The notes below the pieces were generated by a model, which did not search any database, was not told where the DNA came from, and saw nothing but the letters and a program-made list of their open reading frames with translations. From assembly GCA_002104945.1 (NCBI GenBank), contig MCFH01000106.1, forward strand, positions 1 through 53,605: DNA of 53,605 bases. The letters run 5' to 3'. This DNA is from Piromyces finnis finn. Its lineage: Eukaryota; Fungi; Neocallimastigomycota. Position numbers and translations under genes: made by a program. Shown here one piece after another: positions 47,167-53,605 of this stretch. Position 1 is the stretch's first letter. Every line of letters starts with the position of its first letter.

Positions 47167-47813
47167 ATTAGATTAATAATTATAAATTAATATATATAAA
47201 AATATTTATATATATAATTAAAAAATAAATATTATTAATAAAAAACATTTACTATAAATATAAAATACAAAATTAAACCAAATTTTAATTATATTTCTTT
47301 TATTTATAATTCTAAATAGTAGTTAGATGTCTTTTAATTATAAATAATGTTTTAAAATTAAAATATATTTTTTTTAATTAAAAATTTGTTTATTTTTATA
47401 AAATATTGTTATTTTATTTCTATTTTAAAAATTTTATTTAAAAATTAAAACTGAAAAGAAAAGAAAAATTTTATGCTACCTAATCATACCAATTTAAAAT
47501 CTAAAGAAAATATATTCATTCTTCAACTATATAATATAGTTGATGAATGAATTACTCTAATTAAGTATTTTTTCACAATAGCAATAAAAATTCTATTAAA
47601 TAAAATATAAATTAGATAGACAATCATTTTAATATAATAATATTAATAATAATTAAATTAAAAAAATTATATTTTAAAAATAATTTAAATTTAATTTAAA
47701 TAACTTTAAATTATAAACTTATTATTTAATAATAATATATATTTATTATTGTTTATGATTTTATACATTGATATAAAAAAAATATTATTATAATGCAATG
47801 AAGGAATAGTATA

Positions 47814-49151
47814 ATGAAAATTATATATAGGAAGTTATTAATAAATATGCTTTTTATAAAATTTAAATTTTATATTTTATTGCCAATATTATTTTTATTT
47901 TGTAAGACTATTTTTAAAAATAAATTGATTGAAAAAGATAAAATAGTAAATGATATAAAAAAACAGTTAAATTATGTTATTAAAGAAAAAAATGAGCTGC
48001 AATATAAAATACAAATACAAAATAATACTCTTCAAAGTCAAATTTTTTCATTACAAAACATAAATAATAAATATGAAAGAGAAATTGAAACTATTATTAA
48101 AAATTATAAAGAAGAACTAAAAGAAAAAGAAGAAACAATAAATGCATTACAAAAAATTGTAACTAATATTAGTGGAAAGAATGATGAGAAAACTAAAATG
48201 AACAATATGATTGATCTTATTAATAATATAAAGAATACCTTAAAAAATGATGAATATATTGAAAATGAAATGATGAAAAAACACACTACATTTAGAATAG
48301 GAGGTCCTGCAAAAGTATTTGTTAAACCTAAAAATGTTAATCAAATAATTGAAATTATAAACTTATGTAATAAACATAACGTAAGTTATTTTATATTAGG
48401 TAATGGAAGTAATTTATTAGTTAGTGATAGTGGATATATGGGTGTAGTAATACAAATTCATCAATATAATTTTTCAAATTTGGAAGTTATTAAAAATGAT
48501 GAAAATAATTATATTCTTAGAGTTGGTGCAGGTATGCTTATGAGAAACTTATCTATAGAGGCTAGTTTATTATCTTTGGAAGGATTAGAGGATATTATAG
48601 ATATACCGGGTACTGTAGGTGGGGGGATTAGTATGAATGCATCATTTTTAGGAACTGGATTGATAAAACCTTTACGAAAAGTTAAAATTATTACACCAGA
48701 GGGTGTATTAATAGAGTTAACAAAAGAAGAATGTGGATTTTATCATAGAGGAAGTATATTAAGAGATAAAAAATATTTAGTAATAGAAGCAACGTTTGAA
48801 TTGAAAAAAGGTAATAAGATTAAAATCCAAAAAACTATGACAACAAATACAGAAAAGAGATATAAAAAACAGCCAATGTATTTTAGGAGTGCAGGATGCT
48901 TCTTTCTATGGAATTATAAAAAGAATGGAAGTATGTATGAAAAATATAAGAAAAGTAATCTTATAGGTTATAAAGTTGGAAATGCTATGGTTTATACTCA
49001 CAATATAGCATTTGTTGTTAATCTAGGAAATTCAAATGCAAAAGAGATAATGAGAGTGGTAGTACATATAGAAAACGTTATAAAAAAAGATTACAATATC
49101 GATATTAAAAGAGAAGTTGTAATAATTGGTAATATTAATCTTAATGATTAA
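47814..49151 (+). CDS. murB: MurB-like FAD oxidoreductase (UDP-N-acetylenolpyruvylglucosamine reductase family) with an N-terminal hydrophobic segment and ~110-aa coiled-coil-like stem
   Basis: HTTFRIGGPA, ILGNGSNLLVSD, IPGTVGG..MNA, KQP..SAGCFF, FVVNLG, REV.IIG; intronless, AT-rich codon use. Confidence 0.85.
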   Translation: MKIIYRKLLINMLFIKFKFYILLPILFLFCKTIFKNKLIEKDKIVNDIKKQLNYVIKEKNELQYKIQIQNNTLQSQIFSLQNINNKYEREIETIIKNYKEELKEKEETINALQKIVTNISGKNDEKTKMNNMIDLINNIKNTLKNDEYIENEMMKKHTTFRIGGPAKVFVKPKNVNQIIEIINLCNKHNVSYFILGNGSNLLVSDSGYMGVVIQIHQYNFSNLEVIKNDENNYILRVGAGMLMRNLSIEASLLSLEGLEDIIDIPGTVGGGISMNASFLGTGLIKPLRKVKIITPEGVLIELTKEECGFYHRGSILRDKKYLVIEATFELKKGNKIKIQKTMTTNTEKRYKKQPMYFRSAGCFFLWNYKKNGSMYEKYKKSNLIGYKVGNAMVYTHNIAFVVNLGNSNAKEIMRVVVHIENVIKKDYNIDIKREVVIIGNINLND

Positions 49152-49799
49152 TATTTAAAACATATTAATAATAAACTTAAGTTGTATAATCTATATAATA
49201 GTATTTTTTTATATTCATAATATAAAATCCTATTACTAAATTGCTCTTAATTTGAATTTGAATGGGAAAATGTCTCTTTGTAAAATATGGTAATGAAAGA
49301 TTTTAATTAAAGTTTTATAATCTTGGGTGTCAATATATGAACTATAATTTACTTCTACCAAAAAAAAATTTGAAAAACTAAACAAGAATATTTTTTATAT
49401 CAAAATTTTATAAAAAGTTTTTTTTAATTTTAGTTTTTCTGTTCTTTATTTAAAATACATTAAATAAATTTATATTATTTTTAATCCTTACTTTTTAATG
49501 AGTTTTTAAATTTTAAATTAGTTTATATCAAATTACTTTCTTTTAGTAAAATAATTTTTATTGTGATTGCTATTATTATTATTATTTTGATAATTATTAT
49601 TTTTTATATTTTTTATTTTTATTATAGCAAATGAATTAGTGTGGTAGTTTTTAATACAATATAGATAAAAAGGTGAATCTTCTGTGTCTATATAACATCT
49701 CCGATTATATTGGAAATGTCAATAAGTTTATTCATTATTGTTTTACATATGGATTTTTCTGAATTAGCTTAATTAAATTTTTATTTAAATATAATATTG

Positions 49800-50230
49800 T
49801 TTTGATTGTACCTAATAATAAGAATCTACCTTCAATAGATGTTCAATCTAGTTCTTGATTGGGCTAATTTAAATGAAATTTCTTTTGGAATAAATAAATG
49901 TGAAGCTTTTGTTGTTAAACCTATCAACTTTAATAGATTTCTTAGTTATGTAGACCCAACATTTTACATAAGTATTAATTCGATTCCAAGAGCTACTTGC
50001 TACACTTATCTTGAAACCCCATTCATAAAAATCTTTATCAGACACCTATTCTATCTATCATGTTCAAAAAAGTTAAAAAATTTTATTCTCTTTTAAGGGT
50101 TTTCTCACCAACAGTTGTGTTCATATTGGCTTAAAAATATAGCCATTCCTATATTTTAAGTCTCATATTAAGTTCCATTACTTGGTTCAACAAAAATAGA
50201 ATTCGCAGATTTTAATCACTAATATATACT
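49800..50230 (+). pseudogene. Decayed LINE RT C-terminal remnant
   Basis: DWANLNEISFGINKC..PTFY..IP...CYTYL..PF parallels EWAMYNEMEFGIKKC..PTFY..IP...CYTYLGVPF of ORF 33012-34040. Confidence 0.75.
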
Positions 50231-50272
50231 GCCATAATTTAGAGTGCCTACAACTTTCACAATAAAAATCTT

Positions 50273-53200
50273 CCTCTTGGGAATGTATCTTCATTTATAC
50301 CCTCTTGGGAACGTGCCTTCATTTATTTAATAAATGTAGTTTCTCAAGGGGGTCTACTCATGCTCATGGTACTGAGAGAGTAGAAAGAATTAAATCCAAG
50401 TATTGCGCAATGGATGCTTGGTGCCCTCTTGGGAACGTGCCTTCATTTATTTAATAAATGTAGTTTCTCTAGGGGGTCTATTCATGCTCATGGTACTGAG
50501 AGAGTAGAAAGAATTAAATCCAAGTATTGCGCAATGGATGCTTGGTTAGTCTTAAGGGAAAATTATTAGGACTAAGCTCATGGTACTGAGCGATTAAAAA
50601 ACATTTTATTCATCGAATTTAAGTATTTGATGAATAAGTTGAATGTTTGATATTCAGGTAAGTTTGTATAGTATTTAATTAGAAGAGTAATACATTTTGT
50701 TGCTGTATTTTTTCTTTTATTCATGTATTCTTGTAGTACTACTCTTCTCTTGTAAGAATCCAATGTAGTCAACTTTAGCATTTGCGTTGTATTTTTATAT
50801 TCATGTAGCTATTGTTGTATTGTTTCTTGTAAGAGACTGATTCACTCTACATCATGTAAAAATACTATTCACAAGCTTTCTGGTGTCGATATTCTTGATT
50901 CAAATTTTTACCAATTTAAATATTTAATGAAAAGTAAAGTCAAACAAGTTTAGTGTCAAAAAGTGAATCAAATTTACTAACAACAAACCAAAACTAGAAT
51001 TTTTAAAGAAAATTTACAACTAGAATTCAAAAAAGAAACTTTAAACAAAGCATCGTAACAATTTTTGTACTATCCAGTACTTTTAAGAAGAGAGAGAGAG
51101 ACAGATTTTTTTCCATATACGTTATATTTATAATTTTTATTAGTATTTATTTTATATTCAATATTTTTTAATTAGAATTTATTATCATGTCAGTCCTTTA
51201 TATTAAAGATAAGAATTATATCAGACGTGGTACCCGGTCTTATGGTATCCCCTTAGATGATATTCGCTCCTTCTTTATCCGTGGTATTCGTTCATGGTCA
51301 GTAAATATGCTATGGGAAAAACTCGAGGTTATTCTAGAAGATAAATTTAATTCAGTTATTAGTGTTAAATATTTTCAAACTTTCAATGATCACTTTTTCT
51401 TAGTCAAGGTTCATGGTTCATCGAAAGATTGTATTAAAATCTTACACATGTTAAAGAAGAAACTTTCAGTTACCTCAATTTCCTTTTCAGCTCGTAGTAG
51501 AAGGAATCACAAATACACTTTTTCCACACTCAAACGTAAAATTTTAGTTTCTAATAAACATCAACATTCTATTCAACATTCTATTCAACAATCAGTTCAA
51601 CAATCTCATCAACAATCCGATCTTCAACAAGATCTTCAACAAGATCTTCAACAAGTTTCCCATCATGAAAATATTCCAGATCTACAGCTAACACAATTTC
51701 AATCTCAACATTCAACAATTAATTCTATTAGTTCTATCAACTCAAATAACAGTTCAATAGTTGATAGTTCTTCAGCTTCACAGCCATCTAGTAATAGTTC
51801 TACTTATTCCTCTGATGCATCATCCATTAGTAACGATGACTTTAATAATAATAATAATAGCAACGATTCTTCCTCATCCAACAAGCCTGATAACTTTTCT
51901 TTTTGTCTTAGTTGGAACACCAATGGGTGGAATCACGAAAAGAGAGATAGTATTAGCTATTTCACAGCTATTTTCAAACCATTATTTTTATGTTTCCAAG
52001 AAACTGGTAATGGTTCTGGTTCGAATACAGATTATCCTTGTCGTGTTACTTTGCGAAACTATAGACACTTTTTCAAGAAAGCTGATGAATCAGTTCCTGG
52101 AATGAGAGGTTTATATTTAGGTTTTCACAATTCGTGTCAAGCCTCACTTGAAAACTTCTCTGGAAAGTATATTATTTCTATTTATACTTTTAGTCTCTGG
52201 AATAGATTCAAATGCTCGATTGGAAATGTTTATATGCCTCATAGTCATCACAACATCTATGTTGATCATGCAAAGTTAGAAGTTCGCTTGTGGTTACAAA
52301 CTCATTCATCCCATCCATCGATTCTTGTTGGTGATTTTAATATGTCTAAAGTAAAATTATCCAACTGGTTATCAACTAATGGATTAGGAGATTGGGAAAT
52401 TCTTCCGCTTAGAGGGTCTACTATCTCTTGGACTCGAGGTGATCAATCTTCCGACATTGACCATGCTCTTATCAATTCGAAGATGAAAGATCTTATTCAC
52501 TCAGGATCATTTATAAATAATTTTTATCCTGTATCAGACCATAAGCCACTTCTTATTAATGGTAAAATTATTCCTATGGAAGATTTTTCTAATGACTTTA
52601 ATATTCTTAAGAAAATTCTGAAATGGAATAGATTAAAATGTATTGAGGAAAAGGAATCTATTATCAGTCATAATAAATTCCAAATACTTTCAGCAAAATT
52701 CAACGATCCTAATGTTTCAACAGATGAACTTTCCAAAGAGTTTACTTCAACTGCTTTTTCAATTGCAGACGAGCTCAGTATTACCTCAGCAAATAATGTT
52801 ATAAAGTCTTCATTTCATATTTCACAACAAATTTTTAATCTTCAAAAAATCAAAATGAAGTTGTATAAGAGATTTAAAAAAGAAAGAATTTATGATATAG
52901 ATGAATTTATTAAACGAATTAAAATCTACCGTAAGCTCATTGATTACATCCACAAAAGATGTAATGAATTTAGGAAGCAAGAATATCTTCATTGGATTAA
53001 AACAGGATGTGAGTATATGAAGAGTCATAATCCTAAGAAGGCCTGGAAATGGATCAAGAAAACTGCAAAAATTGGAAAAGATTCTTTCTTTATTGCTCAA
53101 CCAATTAAAAATAAAAATGGAGAATTAGTTGTTGCTACAGAAGAACAACTAGAAGTGTGGCATGATCATTTCGAAAACCTTGCATCAGATCCAAGTGGTG

Positions 53201-53605
53201 TAAGTCTTGATTTGGAGCATTGGTATGAAGAACCAATGATTAAACGTTTTTCACTTCCTATGCTTGATGAGTGGGATATCAACCAAGATATTAGTATTGA
53301 TGAAGTCAAGTCAGCTATCCTCTCTACTCCAAATTATAAAGCATCAGGTCCGGATGGTATTCCAATTGAATTTTACAAAGCATTAATTCCATCAAGTAAT
53401 GATTCTAATAATGTTACAGATAATATTTCTTCTGGTAATACCACTTCAGATAATGATGCTCATGGTTTAAATTTTATTCTTAAATTATTCAACCGTATTT
53501 GGGATGGAGACTTCCCCAACTCATGGAATGAATCCAGTATTGTTTCTATTCCTAAGAAGGGAGATTTGACAGATTGTGATAACTATCGAGGTATATCACT
53601 TATCA
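50273..53605 (+). mobile_element. LINE copy 2 (runs off the window) with a tandemly duplicated 5' terminal module
   Basis: Homologous to 29310 onward; 124-bp unit 50300-50423 repeated from 50424, plus a 27-bp partial unit at 50273. Confidence 0.92.
51187..53605 (+). CDS. LINE ORF (RRM-like, APE, start of RT); absent from the ORF track because it has no stop in the window
   Basis: ATG at 51187 (MSVLYIKDKN...); the same frame gives NYRGISLI at the window end; closely similar to ORF 30072. Confidence 0.88.
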   Translation, partial: MSVLYIKDKNYIRRGTRSYGIPLDDIRSFFIRGIRSWSVNMLWEKLEVILEDKFNSVISVKYFQTFNDHFFLVKVHGSSKDCIKILHMLKKKLSVTSISFSARSRRNHKYTFSTLKRKILVSNKHQHSIQHSIQQSVQQSHQQSDLQQDLQQDLQQVSHHENIPDLQLTQFQSQHSTINSISSINSNNSSIVDSSSASQPSSNSSTYSSDASSISNDDFNNNNNSNDSSSSNKPDNFSFCLSWNTNGWNHEKRDSISYFTAIFKPLFLCFQETGNGSGSNTDYPCRVTLRNYRHFFKKADESVPGMRGLYLGFHNSCQASLENFSGKYIISIYTFSLWNRFKCSIGNVYMPHSHHNIYVDHAKLEVRLWLQTHSSHPSILVGDFNMSKVKLSNWLSTNGLGDWEILPLRGSTISWTRGDQSSDIDHALINSKMKDLIHSGSFINNFYPVSDHKPLLINGKIIPMEDFSNDFNILKKILKWNRLKCIEEKESIISHNKFQILSAKFNDPNVSTDELSKEFTSTAFSIADELSITSANNVIKSSFHISQQIFNLQKIKMKLYKRFKKERIYDIDEFIKRIKIYRKLIDYIHKRCNEFRKQEYLHWIKTGCEYMKSHNPKKAWKWIKKTAKIGKDSFFIAQPIKNKNGELVVATEEQLEVWHDHFENLASDPSGVSLDLEHWYEEPMIKRFSLPMLDEWDINQDISIDEVKSAILSTPNYKASGPDGIPIEFYKALIPSSNDSNNVTDNISSGNTTSDNDAHGLNFILKLFNRIWDGDFPNSWNESSIVSIPKKGDLTDCDNYRGISLI

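Noticed and set aside
50578-50781. Antisense ORF in the LINE 5' UTR (ORF0-like)
   Set aside because: The homologous frame in copy 1 is interrupted by early stops.

Overview
Very AT-rich eukaryotic DNA. Base composition, element types and bacterial-type genes suggest an anaerobic gut fungus (Neocallimastigomycota); this is inference. The window is a retrotransposon nest holding five Ty3/gypsy chromovirus-like elements (one apparently intact, 7882-13318, nested in the gag of another), many solo or partial LTRs, a copia integrase remnant, and two single-ORF APE-RT LINEs plus fragments. Only two host-like genes are present, both bacterial-type: a polysaccharide pyruvyltransferase and a MurB-like reductase, each with an added N-terminal hydrophobic anchor and stem. 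Main unexplained structures: (1) tRNA-type RNA polymerase III A-box/B-box modules with 44-nt spacing (42 in one copy) at the 5' end of three LTR types, plus an antisense copy in the 3' UTR of the element whose LTR lacks one; (2) two same-family solo LTRs inserted successively, 1 bp apart, at the predicted Pol III start of one module, resembling Ty3-type targeting of a landing pad carried by another retroelement; (3) Tf1-type self-priming signatures in all five gypsy elements; (4) an ~17.9-kb inversion (16170-34034) whose reversal restores both a LINE ORF and an LTR; (5) a >=4-kb palindrome at the window start, possibly an artifact. All calls come from reading the sequence; no searches were run.
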